DNA of 64,000 nucleotides from Psammoneis japonica (GCA_008632985.1 QPGO01000117.1:124001-188000); one strand, 5' to 3'. Counted from the stretch's first letter, positions 35,186 through 47,850 are shown. Notes: generated from the letters alone by a model not told the origin. Made by a program: numbers and translations.

Positions 35186-36927
35186 TTCGTCGCAGGATTC
35201 CCGGGACATCATTTTGCATGCATGCACTTTCCCATTTTCTTTGCATCAGATCAAGATCTGACAATTCACAGATCAAATTGTCTCTGAATTTTTTTCTTGC
35301 GATGGAGTCGTTGCGGGCAGTGCTTTTTCCTCGAGGCTCCATCTGAACTCCAAGGGCCACGAGTCAACCTAGATCCACTCTCCAGCTGGGATCCATGGCA
35401 CCAGTGAGACGTGCCTTGCAGATCTTGGCTGAACGAAATCAAGGACACACCCAAGTCCACTTCCTGAAAGGATGCGTTTTTTGAAAGATGGGCAAAATCA
35501 CAGATGGGTGTGAATTGGCAACTGCTGTGCACCGAAATGATGTCAAAAGGACCCGATGTCCATCAGGTGATGATCGCAGACATGCAAAGCAGTGGAGTGA
35601 AGTGGCAGCAATGACTGGTGCAGTTTTTGACATGCACGTGAAGCCTCCAAATCCTCTCGTCTCCATGCTTTCGTAGACAAAATGATGATTGGTTTCCCCT
35701 TCCATCTACCTTGTGACACCGGCGGTGTCTTTCTTGCACTCGTTGAGACACTTTCTAGCTTCTTTGATGAAACACTCCTTTTCCTTTGCAAGCTTTTCTT
35801 TTCTGTCCTTTTCAATCGTAGAAATCGCCTTCTTTGCAGCCTCGAGTTCCTTGCGCTTGTCAGCAATTGGTTTGCGTTTTTCCTCAAAAGCCTTTCAAGC
35901 TCCTGGCAAAGATCGTAGCAAGTCCTTGTGCAACAGAACAACTTGTTGGCAGCACTGAGACATTTGTGTTTCTTTGCCAACTCTTTCAAGCAGGTGTCTG
36001 ACAGAGGCACGAGTGAGTGTGGCTGAACATGTCAATTGTGCCACAGCCAAAGCAAGTGCTGGCATCTTGGGTGGCTCTGTCTGTTTTTCTTGTTCCTTGT
36101 CATTTGCAAATGAGGTGCTGGTGATTTGCCCACCTCTGCTGACAATTGTGTGAGTTGGACCTTTCTGATTGACTTTGTTGTTGGTGACTTGATGTGATCT
36201 GTGTTGTTTGACTGGCACAAACATGCCCCAAGAAGACAACATTCTTGACACTGCACTTGATGAACAAATCTTCCACAAATTGCCCTGGGCTTGATGAGAT
36301 AAATGTCTTGGTGATGATTGTGGCATGTGTTGTGTGCAGGTGTGTGCATTGTGACAAAAAGAGCCATGGAGTTAGACTCTGTGATCTGCTGATTCCAACT
36401 TGAGCACAAGCCATTGGTGTTGGTTTGACCCAGGATTGGCACAATGTTGTGGGTGACAACCCTTGAAGGTGAAGGAGTGGAAGGAGTTTCTGTGCAATCA
36501 CAGTCAAAAGAACAGGGAACATCCTCAAGGCAAAGTTAGAGAGGCAGGAGTTTTCTGGATTGACAAACTTGCACGATTTCATTTCCAGACCTTTTTTTGT
36601 GCTTAGAGCATGAAAAGCCTGTTTTCGCATTGACAAGGCAAGTGCAAAACACAACACATGGGATGTGTGCAAAAGTCAATTACAATGGGGGCCATCAGGG
36701 AAATTGTTGAACGGCTCCAACAAGAATTTGTCATCCACATTCTCATCTCAACATTGTGGTTCCCTGCAGCAGTCTGCGTGGGCAACTCTGAAAAGGCCAG
36801 GAGAAGAACTCGCCCATTTCTTCAAACCAATTGTCCCATCCATGTGGACCTGACATTGGGTTTGCAGTGTCACCTGCAAGTGTGACCATGCTGATTTCCT
36901 CATGTGACAGGATTTGAACAAGAATGA

Positions 36928-38085
36928 CTCACTCTTGCTCTTCTCCGTCATTCAAGCGTTGATGATGTCAGGTGGACACGGTGAGCAGAACTCTGGCCCA
37001 GACCTGGTGCAACACCTCACTGCTGTCTACATGGCAGATGAGTCTCCATGCAGAGACCATCACAGGTGCCCCTGTGAACAATGGGGATGTGTGTTCCAGG
37101 GTCAGGAACAGCATTTGGTCTGGCCAGGTGGAGTGCCTGGTCTCATGCCTGTGGTGGCATGCCCGGATGTTCAGACACCCAGATGGCTGAGACACGCAGT
37201 TGTTGTTGACTCAAACCCAAGCCCACTTTGGAATTTGCACCAGAATGTGCAATTGTTGCCAACAGATTTCCATCTCCCAACCAAGGAATCGAGTGATCTG
37301 TTGGCATCTGTGCTCTGCTGATTCACCACTGTCACCATTCACTGTTTTCTCATTCATTGTGAAGGTTGACTGCCAAAATGCAACTCTTCTTTGATTTCTG
37401 TCACTCCTCATCAACCTGACACTGTGAATGTCATTCTTCCATTTCTCTCTCAAGTGGCTTCTGGCTTTGCTGTCAAACGGACCCCAGAATCAACTCCAGT
37501 CACCACTTGTGCACTTGTGTCCTTGCAGTGTTCTTGTCACTTGATGAGAGCTCATTGCACCAACAAGGGTCATTGAGATTGTCAATCTGACAGAATTCAC
37601 ACAAGAGCACCTCACTCTTGCTCTTCTCCATCATTCGAGTGTTGGTGGCGTCAGGTGGACACAGCAAGTGGAGCTCCAGCCCAGACCCAGCACAACACCT
37701 TGCTGCTGTCTGCATGGCAGATGAGCCTCCGTGCAGAGACCATTGCAGGTGCCCCCATGAACAATGGGGACATGTGTTCCAGGGTCAGGAACAGTTTTCA
37801 GTCTGGCCAGGTGGAGGTGCCTGGTCTTGTGCCTGTGGTGGCACACCCGGATGTTCAGACACCCAGACGGCTGAGACACGCGGTTGGTGTTGACTCGAAT
37901 CCAAGCCCACTTTGGAATTTGCGCCAGAATGTGCCATTGTTGCTGATGGATTTCCACTCCCTGACCAAGGAATGGAGTGATCTGTTGGTGTTTGCACTGC
38001 CAATTTGTCACTGTTGCCATTCACCATTTTCTTGTTCATCGTGAAGGTTGACCGCTGAAATCCAACTCTTCTTTGATTTCTGTCA
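36928..38085 (+). repeat. Diverged direct duplication of a ~470-bp unit (36928-37400 and 37610-38085)
   Basis: Both start ctcactcttgctcttctcc, share cagagaccat..caggtgcccc and cccggatgttcagacacccaga, and end caactcttctttgatttctgtca. Confidence 0.85.
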
Positions 38086-39167
38086 TCTCATGTGTTGGTT
38101 GGAAATGGCAGCCTCTGTGTTGTCTTGGCGGTCAACAAGAAAAGAAACAGGGCAAATTGCATCATTTGTCACAAATCTTTGCAACTGCCACTGTCAAAAT
38201 TTTGTGAGGGATTCTGTTGTGTTTGTTTTGCAGATTTTGTTGCAAAAGAGGCCATTTCAGTTGAATTTGTGAGCACCGCATGCTCAACGAATGATCATGC
38301 ATGTTGCTGATTTTTTTGTTTTGCGGGCAGTTGTGAGCCCAGAAGTCTTGTGTGTTCATGTGCTGTCACATGCTTGCATTGTGGCCCTGCACATGAGTGC
38401 AGTGCCGGCATTGTTCAAAAAATTCAGGAAGCTGACATGCCTTTTTTCAAAGACATTTGACGCCAATCGCATCAGACGCTTGACGCGCAATTTTGCGCCC
38501 CGCATCTGGGCCACAAAATTCTTATCGCAAATTTTTGTGACCCACATGTGGGCCACAAATTTGCCATGATTCTTAAAATGAAGCTTGTCTCATTGCTGTT
38601 TTTGAGCGGGAACAATCAATGTTGTAAGAGAGCGATGTGACATCCTGTCATTTGTTGACAAAAGTGTTGTTTTGCACCGCTTCTATTTTTGTGTCGAGCA
38701 TCGAGCACTGAGCACTGTTGACGTGGACAGTGATCATGAGCAGAACATGCGTGATGACGTGTGCAAGCATTGTTTTGTTGTCGCTGAATGTCGTTCTTCT
38801 GTCGTTGTGCCAACTGCAGACTGCTGATGCACTCCAGCTCTGGGTGGGACCTCGCACTGCTGAACTGTGACATCAACAGTTTTTTGGATTGTGCCGCATG
38901 TCGCGCACGCAGATGGCTGCGTGTGAAATTCTACGAAATTGTTTCACACTTCCCATTTTGCGAAGCCAAAGGCTTTCTATTTTCAACATTTGTGACAATG
39001 AAAATGCACTGGGTGTGTTCTCCAATGTCTGCAGAATGTGCCCATGCAAGCTGTTGTTGATGTGCTTTGAGTGTGAAGGAGGAGACACGTTCGTAAAATT
39101 GCCTCTTTTTCTGTTGGCAATCATTCACATTTTCATTGCTTGACAAATGTGCTGTGGAGTTCGATGT

Positions 39168-39235
39168 GGAATTCTGTGGGCCCAATGTCACACGGAGTCC
39201 CACCTGGGATTGGAACCCATCTGCTTTTTTCATCA
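39168..39235. repeat. Dispersed repeat with an inverted copy at ~48855-48920
   Basis: gaattctgtgggcccaatgtcac..ggagtccc.cctggg..tggaac occurs at both sites in opposite orientation. Confidence 0.7.
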
Positions 39236-40501
39236 TTTGTTTTCTGCAGCTGCCGTCATGACGTCTTTTTGGGCTGCATTTGACAGCAAATCCAAAGCGT
39301 CCATTCTGAGTGTGTCATTTGTCCCTGCCGACAATGGTGTCACCGCGAGTCCATTTCTCTTCTGTGTGGACACCTTGGCCATCATCAACATTTTGAGCTG
39401 CCAGACTGCATTCATCGTGAAATTCACGATTTGCACCCCCAAACCCGTGAAGAGCCGCACACGGGTTTTAAATCCAATGGGGAGGACACAGACTGGGCTC
39501 TCGTCATGCAGCTGTTTTTTTAATTTAGCCAAACCAATCAACTGCTGGCCTGCTGTGCATGTCTTTGCAATGGCTGCATTTTTTCAATCCACCAAAACAG
39601 ACGCAACATCTCTGCGGAAAGTGGTTTTCCAATGGTTGTTCCTTGGCTGTCGACATTGTTCTTCAACTGTTCCAATGGCCCCATTTTGCTGTGTGCTAAA
39701 ACAGATGCAACACAGCTGCAAAAATTTCTTTCAAATGGTTGTTCCTTTGGTGACTGATCTTTTGCCTCCACTGCCTCCAGTTGCAGCAACGGCGGCAGCA
39801 GAATTTCTTTCACTCTCTCCCGATTCCAACTTGTCCCCTCCTGCAGTGCTTCCCTCGCCACGATGCCAAGCCTCTCCTTGGTCTGCGCCTGTCCTCTTTT
39901 GAACCATTTGATCTTGAAAAAATTGCAGTTTGCTTTTCTAGGACACTCCAGCATCTCCCTGTGAACTTCCATGCCATTGATGCTTTCCTCGGCGGCACAG
40001 ACCGGCTGGTGTTGAGGATGCAAGCACATCATGTCAGAAACAATCAACTTTTGTTTCACAAAGCTGAGTTACACTCGAGCTCTCTTGGCCACTGGCGGCT
40101 GCACAGGAAGACTTGGAGGGGGGGAAGCACTGGAACAGAGGGTGCTTCGGGAGCACTCGGTGATGCCGGGTTTCACTGCATGTCTTGAGCAGGCGAAAAA
40201 GACATGTCTGTTCCCGCTCCAAGCAATTCTGACACATTTGGCATTTCCCTGACAATGTTGTCAGGCGTCTGAGGTTGCTGGAGTGAATGTCCTTCCCCGT
40301 TGGGGCCAGCCGCAGGGTCCGCTGTGGTGGAGGGAGAAATCGGCAAAAAATTGCGCGAAAACGCAAACACATTTGAGAGGCCACCAGAACAACCAGCGGA
40401 ACTTTTTTGACAGCTGAAGTGTGGATTCCTGTGTTTTCGGGCATGGAGAATTCGACTGTGGGGTCTGTTCATCGATTGTCTGTGCCGGCACTGTGTCACA
40501 T

Positions 40502-40853
40502 CCCTGCTCATGCACACGAACCACCTGGTGGTCCGTGTGCATTTTTGGGTGCACACGAACCACCTGGTGTTTCGTGTGCACCCTGCGCAAAATGCTGCGT
40601 AGATTTGTACCGAATTAAATCTGAGTGCCTACATCTGCAGTAGGATCTACGTGAAAACGCACTCGAAACAGTGTCCACCGAGCCGGCAGTCATGTGCCGG
40701 ACGTCGTGAAAAGTATTTTATGTCTGAGAAAGAGTTCGTCAGGGCCGGCGAACAACACCCCTCTACGATGCGACTGGTATAAAATGTACGTAAATGCACA
40801 GGAACCAGCATGTGGTTCGTGTGCAAATTAGAGCTCGTGAAAAATAAGCAGGG
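40502..40853 (-). mobile_element. 352-bp MITE (copy 2, inverted)
   Basis: Reverse-complement match to 34631-34981. Ends ccctgctcat/ataagcaggg, flanks acat/atat. Confidence 0.88.
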
Positions 40854-40981
40854 ATATCTTTGAGGATTTGAAAAAATTTGCGGCAAATTCAAATTTTATC
40901 ATAAAATATTCAGACTTTTTAAATTACTTCTATCTTCAATCGCTTTTCATCCACAGAGAATGTGTATGGATACCGGTACAA

Positions 40982-41004
40982 CGCGCGCGCGCGCGCGCGC
41001 GCGC
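40982..41004. repeat. 23-nt alternating CG tract
   Basis: cgcgcg.. run about 70 bp upstream of the ATG at 41072. Confidence 0.9.
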
Positions 41005-41071
41005 AAACTGAAAACGGCACCGGCGTCTTTTTGTCATTGCGTTGCTTTTGCCGCTGCTGTGCAGACATACC

Positions 41072-42121
41072 ATGGTAAGAGATTGCTCTCTCACAAGTAA
41101 CACCACACATGATATCGAGATCTTGTTCTTACGCTTGTTTGATTTGCTCTTCTGCGTGTTCAGCCTCCAGTTCTGGATCCCGAAAAGTCCAAGGTGGACG
41201 GCCTTGCCTTTCTCGGCTTGTCGCTGACCCGTCATTCCGAGGTGGGTCACCCCGACTCCATTACGCATCAAACCGCCTTTGATTTAAACGACGTTCTGGA
41301 TCGTGACTATGAATTCCTTCAATCCACCAATGACGATGGCTGGTTGGTGGGCGGAGGCGAACCGGGACCTCCCACGACGTATAAGCTTGCAGCAAAGGAT
41401 TCGTCTCATGTTGAAATCATGAGGATTGGTACGTATCGTCCCGAGTGGGGAGGAGTATTGGAGAAAGATATCATTGATGCCATTGAGTCGGGTAAAATTC
41501 TTATTCCCCAAATCGAGGTTCTGCCAACGGCGGTGGTTGCAAATCCCGATACTCCGCCCGAGTTGGAGATCCGCTTTGATATGGATCCGTCTGTCCCAAA
41601 CTTTGAGGATGCGAGTGCACCGCTTCCCACTAATTGGGCGTTACGGTTTATTCACAACCAGCTTTTTAAGCACTTTGAATTTCCCAGTCGCTTTTGCCCC
41701 GGTGCCTTTCACTCTACCATTCTTCGAAAGGCAGACTTTCGTTCAGAAAAGGTATGCTTTTGTTTTCTGAGAGCTCGGGCTCCGTGCGCAAAGATCGTAT
41801 CTCACTTTCTGTATCATATTCGTTCCTTAGCACCGTGCTGCATACTTTGAAAAGTGCGACAAGGCTGTTCAGAAATGGCGTGAGGTTGGACCAAAGCCTC
41901 TGAATGAAGGAGGGTGGGATGTGGATGGCAACAAGTTGAAGGACGCTGGCGAATACACGAGTGGAATTTGGCTCTTTGTCGACCGCGAAAACATTACCCA
42001 TTTCTTCAAACCCAACTTTCTTCCTCCCTACGACACTCCCGAGAAACGCAAGATTATTCTCGATATGCTCAGCGAAGAATGGGATGAAAAGACTCTATCC
42101 TGGAAAAATGTCAGGACGTAA
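41072..42121 (+). CDS. Three-exon hypothetical protein, possible 2H-phosphoesterase-like fold
   Basis: ATG|gtaaga; introns 41075-41163 and 41752-41830 join in frame to give MPPVLDPEKSKVDGLAFLG..KNVRT*. Motifs SHVEI and FHSTIL. Confidence 0.8.
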
Positions 42122-42231
42122 ATGCGTTGAACTACCATATGAACTAAAGTACGAACACAGCGGCTGCTTTTGCAGAGAAGGAAAGAATTTTAGAGACTAG
42201 AGGAGAGAGGCGATCTCTAAGTAGGCAACTA

Positions 42232-43470
42232 TTACTTCTTTCGCTTTGTTCTCTTCTTTCCCTTCTTAACATGAAGCTTTTGAGTTCTCGCGTCGGATGT
42301 AGGCTTATTTTCGTCTGTTGCGTCAGCCGCGTCCTTGTAAAAGACAATCTCATCGTTTTGTTTTTCGTTGGGTTGCTTGACCTCGTTATTTTCTTTTTCC
42401 TCTTTTCCCATGATGGACATGATCTTGGAGTACCCTACATCAATTAATGTCCTGCTCGATTGAACTGCTTCTTTGGGTACGGAATTGATGCCTAACTTTT
42501 TCATTACAGCGGGCTGACTCATCCAAACGGATTGCCCAATTCCCATCATTGTATTGGGGATCCAAAAACAATGCACCGATGCCGGAACACCCATGAGTAT
42601 GGGCGTAAGAATCACACGAACACTTCTCCAAAACCACAATTGTCTCCAACTCAATTCCTTCGACGGGCGTCCCATACTGTCGGCTCCCAATTCACCATGC
42701 ACAAAAAACGCCATGGTGCTCCAAATGGGCAAAAAATAAAGCTGATCGGGTTGGGACAAGTCAACAAACCACAAGACACCGCCAGTCGCCATTTCGGTTG
42801 GATAGTATTCTCCCATCCAACGTAAGCCATACCACATGGTGATAAAGGTACCAATCGTCACGAAGGGAGCTGCAAAACGAAACCGCGGATTGTATCCAGA
42901 TTGCTCAAACAAGGCTTTAATCTGCCCCGCGAGCCGTTGCTTGGTTTTTCCGTCGTGCGTTTTTTGGATCCTGTCATGCAAGGCTCTTATTTGTGGTTCT
43001 ACACTGTCGCGACGACTCTGATTTCGACGAGACCAAACGCCAATGGGTAATAGAAACACGCGTCCCATGATTGTCACAATGACAATCGATGAAGCATACG
43101 TCATGCCCGTCACGTCGTGAGCGAGATGAACCGCGTTCATGACGTATTGTCCCAGATTGTACCAACTCATGGGTTCTACTGGAGTATGAATCATGTCGGA
43201 TGATGTCGCCATGATTTCTAGCAACGTGTTGTTGTTATTGATTGGGCACGAAGACGACACGAGCTGAGACGCAACAGAATCAACATCATCATGATTGATT
43301 GGAACGCCACTGCTTGAGAGGCTCCGAACAAAAGTGTGATTATCCCAAAAATGTCTGGTAATTCCTCTACGATAAGACCCTCTGTCAAACTTGTACGTCG
43401 TTAGAGACGTGGCAAGGTTTCCTCTGGATGAGAACAATCGACCGGTTTTGTGAAATCGGGACGCCATCAT
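42232..43470 (-). CDS. Mitochondrial Oxa1/Cox18 (YidC-family) membrane insertase
   Basis: Arg/Ser-rich presequence from ATG 43470; SIVIVTIMGRVFLLP, TGGVLWFVDLSQPD..LP, VPASVHCFWIPN..Q; basic tail. Confidence 0.88.
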   Translation of the reverse strand: MMASRFHKTGRLFSSRGNLATSLTTYKFDRGSYRRGITRHFWDNHTFVRSLSSSGVPINHDDVDSVASQLVSSSCPINNNNTLLEIMATSSDMIHTPVEPMSWYNLGQYVMNAVHLAHDVTGMTYASSIVIVTIMGRVFLLPIGVWSRRNQSRRDSVEPQIRALHDRIQKTHDGKTKQRLAGQIKALFEQSGYNPRFRFAAPFVTIGTFITMWYGLRWMGEYYPTEMATGGVLWFVDLSQPDQLYFLPIWSTMAFFVHGELGADSMGRPSKELSWRQLWFWRSVRVILTPILMGVPASVHCFWIPNTMMGIGQSVWMSQPAVMKKLGINSVPKEAVQSSRTLIDVGYSKIMSIMGKEEKENNEVKQPNEKQNDEIVFYKDAADATDENKPTSDARTQKLHVKKGKKRTKRKK

Positions 43471-43748
43471 GGTCAATCGGCAGGTCGTCGCAGGGCGAAG
43501 TTCAAAGTGCAAAAGATGATGCGAGGGTTGTCGGCTGTGCGCGTCGCGCACGCTCGTCCACAAAGGTCGGACGGCGGACGGGCGGCGCGCGGATGTGTCG
43601 TTTTGATGACGTCATACTATGAGTGGAAAACATACGTACAAACCGCGTAGAAATGACAAAATCTTTGCGCGACTGTTGCGTTGCTGGTGATGCGGTGCCT
43701 GCCGCAAAAGCACAAAAGCAACAGCAAACAGCTTGTTGAAGGGCGGCA

Positions 43749-46700
43749 ATGAGGCTCACAGAGTTATTTACGTTTGCAATCTCTTTGATCACAGTGCTCC
43801 ATGGTGAGATTTGTCTTGATTTTCAAGTTTGAGCAATTCAAATTTCCTCTAAAAATTCGCTCAACTTTCGTGATTGCCTTTCGTTTTTGCGCAGTCGCGT
43901 TTGCAGTGGAAAAGTTCAGTGCGATAGACGATGAAAAGGTGCTCAACATTCATCTCGTGCCTCACACACACGACGATGTCGGGTGGCTACGAACCGTCGA
44001 TCAGTACTACAATGGATGGAACACTTCCATTGTCAACGGGAAGCACAACGAATCTTCGGTAAGATCCATCTTGGATAGCGTCATGCAAGAGCTGGCCAAG
44101 AACGAGAACCGCACCTTTACCTATGTCGAGCTCAAATTCTTTTCCATGTGGTGGGACGAACAAACAAACGCAACAAAGGCGACTGTACGCGATCTCGTTT
44201 CCAAGAAACAGCTTGACTTTGCCAATGGGGGGTGGTGCATGCACGATGAAGCCACTACTCATTTCATGGAATGATTGATCAAACAACATTGGGACACGCG
44301 TTTTTGAAGAATCACCTTGGTATTGTTCCTACCGTGGGGTGGCAACTGGATCCTTTTGGACATTCTGCAACTCAGGCATCGCTATTAGCTGGACGGGTTG
44401 GATTTGATGCCCTTTATTTTGGTCGGATTGATTATAGAGATTTGGAGAAGAGGAGGGAAACGCAAGAAACCCATGGCTTGTGGGAATCATCTCCCAATCT
44501 GCGTGAACAAGTGTTTTGGGGTCTAACGGGAAGTTATTCAGGCAACTATTATGCACCCAAGGGTTTCAAGTTTGAAACCAGAGATGGTCCCCTGCCAGCA
44601 GCGAATGAGACAGTACTCCTTGAAAAGATGAAAGTCTTTATGGAACGAGCAAAGACGCAAAGCGATGAAACCAAAGGAAACAACATCATGATGACCATGG
44701 GTGGTGACTTTGAGGTACATATTTTCTTGTAGAGATTACTGGTTGCTAGTGTGGGGTAGTTTGAGCTCACTCTTTTGTCTCTTTCTCGCTTCAAGTATGC
44801 AAACGCCTCGTTCAATTTCGGCAACATTGAACTCCTCATAGAGTCGGTCTCAAAGTATCAGTCTGATGGGTCCATCAATGTATCTTCAATTCTTGGTCCT
44901 CGGTTCGAAAGCGTCAATCTATTCTACTCGACGCCTGCCTATTTTACTCTGCAAAAGCACAAGGAAGGCGAAGCGTTCGCATCATCCAACGACGGGACGT
45001 TGCTTTGGAAGTCTAAAACAGACGACTTTTTCCCATATTCCAATTGCAAAGATAATTGCTATTGGACAGGGTACTTTACGTCTCGCGCCGGATTAAAGCG
45101 CATGGAACGGGTGGCGTCGTCGTTTCTTCTTGCCGCACGACAGATTGAGTCCCTCCCGGGAGAAACCATCGGCACGCCGCTGTTGAAGCTGGAGGATGCC
45201 GTCGGCGTTGTACAGCACCACGATGGCGTGTCTGGTACTAGCAAACAACATGTAGCATATGACTACGCCAAGAAGATACAGGAAGGCATGGATCGGGCTG
45301 CAAAAATTGTAGAACTCAAGCTAAAGCATCATCTTTTGGAAGATATCGATTCACTGGATCTTAATCTTTGTCAATTTCTGAACGAGACAATGTGTACTAC
45401 CGATGATGTAAGTACTGCATGTATTTGAAATGGGAGTTGGCTCAAAATTTCGCCTCTGCATCTTTCTGAACGCAATGCTACTTATCTCCTAGCAGGCACC
45501 GATTTTTAAGTATGACGATTTTTTCGTGGTGGTTTACAATGCTCTTTCGCAACGCCGCTCGTCTGTTGTTGGTATCCCTGTGCCAGAGAGTGCCACGTAT
45601 GACGTTGCAAAGGTAAAGCATCTTGGGGTCGACGATGAACATAGCGAAAATGTGACGTCGTTTGTTGTTCCACCGTTAAAGGACGGCAGTGACGACCTGC
45701 ACATTGCCTATTTCGAAACGGGTCCAATCGATCCTCTGGGAGCTTCTGTTTTCCTCTTCAAGAAAACTGGAGATGCTGCGAATGTGGAAACGAGTGCTGC
45801 TGAACTTGCTGATACGGCCGACACATTTGATGTATCGAACGGTGTCCTAACTGTCCATTTCAACGCGTAAGTGCGATACAGGCTACGACATGAAATAAGG
45901 AATCACAATCAGTCCTCAAAATTGCTTTGTGTCTATGTTTACAGGACGACTGGAAAAATGACTAAGATTCAAAACAACGATGACGGATCAACCCTTGACA
46001 TCTCACAAGAATGGGGCTACTATTGGTCGTACAACAAACCTGACGGCGCATACAGGTTTGTCCCGGACTCTGACGATCAGGCACCCACTATGCTAGAAGC
46101 GAAGACTGGAGTTTCGAAGGTGATCGAGACGGACAGTGCAGTAGAAGTCCATGTCGAATACGAAGAACCGTGGGTCAAGCACGTGACTCGTATCCTCCGG
46201 AAGCAGTCTTATGTTGAAGTCGAGTTCACAGTCGGACCCGTTCCCGTATCTTTGAACACGTCCAAAGATGTCATCACTCGTTACATCACTCCAATTCAGA
46301 CGAATGGAACATTTTATACAGATGCGAACGGAAGGGAATTCATGAAGCGTGTGCGAAACTTTCGCCCGTCGTTTGAAATCAATGAGACAGAACCAGTATC
46401 TGGCAACTACTACCCTATCAATGCTGCGGCATACATTGAAGACCCTGATGCATCGCTCTCTGTAGTTATAGATAGATCCCAGGGTGGAGCATCATTGGTA
46501 GACGGATCAATTGAGCTCATGGTACAGAGACGAACAACACTTGATGATCATCGTGGTCTGTATGAAGCCCTGAATGAAACAGACGGAGGCATCGAAGCTT
46601 ATCCACCATATGGCAATAGTGAGAGAAAAGGTGAAGGGGTCATGATCAAAGGAAAGCATCGGCTTGTGGTTGGAAAGGGATTTGGTGGTGCTAGCGCTGC

Positions 46701-47502
46701 TCGTTCTCAAATGGACGATGCGTTTTCCTCTCCTGTTGTGTTAATGGCATCTGCTCCTCCGAACAAAGTGGTGGATTTCAAAGATACTTCCCTCTCTGCT
46801 CTCCAGTCATCACTTCCAGATAATATTATGCTTGTCACCTTTGCTCGAATTCACCATGTACCTGCACTGACGTTTTTGGTTCGGCTTGGACATCAATACG
46901 GACAGGGTGAGGATTCAGAACTGGGAAAGCCCGTTGTCATTGACATGGACAAGCTCTTTGCACACTACAAAGTTGTTTCCATGACGGAGAAGACCTTGAC
47001 GGGCAATCGAGATTATTCCGAGTGGATGGAAAAAAGACTGTCTTGGTCGGTGGCCCCGGATGACGAGTGGAACGATGCACACGAACGATCAAATGATGAC
47101 GGCAACAAGATTGAAATGAAACCAATGGAGATCCGAACGTTTGAGGTTATCCTTGAGGAAACGTCAAGCCACGCGCCTCTCCCGGTTACTCCCGCCCCGT
47201 CAACCTCTGGTTCGATTGCCCCTTCGTCATCTCTTCCACCTGGATCATCTCCTCGTCCTACGTCACGTCCCAAGCCACCTGTTGAACAGCAAGGCACGCC
47301 TTCAAAGGCTTCTTCATCGTCTTCGGATTCTCTTCCCGTGCCCCCGGCTGTCATTGCTCTGATTGCCGTGGCCGCAGTGTTTACGTGTTTTTGTGGAATA
47401 ATATACTGCAGAATGAGAGACAGACAAGAAACCTTGCCGCAAGGGGTTGGAGGATTGGCAAGACCTGATTATAGCACGGTGTTTGAGAATGAGTTAACGT
47501 AA
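43749..47502 (+). pseudogene. GH38 lysosomal-type alpha-mannosidase with C-terminal TM, copy 1 (1-nt frameshift at ~44269)
   Basis: VPHTHDDVGW, GGWCMHDEA, GWQLDPFGHS, YWTGYFTSR, QHHDGVSGT, FYTDANGRE, GNYYPIN. Introns 43804-43894, 44715-44795, 45408-45495, 45867-45944. catgga vs catggga in copy 2 could be an assembly error. Confidence 0.85.
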
Positions 47503-47544
47503 GCAACGAGAACTGCGGTCAGCAAGTAGAACATAGATAAGAAG

Positions 47545-47850
47545 CTAAGGAGACAGGTGCAGAGTAAAGTTGCATCTTAAAATTTGTGCCGAGAACGAGG
47601 CAACGATTTTCCAAGCATTTCCTTGAGACGATGCTTTCGACACTAACAAAACCATTCCTAATGTCGACAGCATGGTTCCGGCCACATGCGAAGCGGCATT
47701 GAAAACCTCGTCGGTTGCGTGTATCGATCCATCTCGAGAAAATTCTCCAACACTACCAACATCTGTAATGGCCCAAGTCGGGCCATAACTTTGATTCTTA
47801 CCATCGTCATGTCGATGATGGTCGCTCGTAAGGCTGTCTTGCTGTGCCAT
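47545..47850 (-). pseudogene. Hemolysin-III (PAQR) family gene, copy 1, with most of the gene deleted
   Basis: DEVFNAASHVAG..GNAWKIV then jumps to 3' flank sequence; ~650 bp present in copy 2 is missing. Confidence 0.8.

Noticed and set aside
38400..40493. 11-bp inverted repeat CAGTGCCGGCA with TG flanks (possible Tc1/mariner with a mutated TA TSD)
   Set aside because: The match does not extend beyond 11 bp and no transposase motif is recognisable inside.
13100..40600. Classical RIP, 5mC decay or an alternative genetic code as the cause of the bias
   Set aside because: RIP would raise TpA, CpG is retained over much of the region, non-coding TIRs and TSDs are affected too, and neighbouring genes use Tyr normally.
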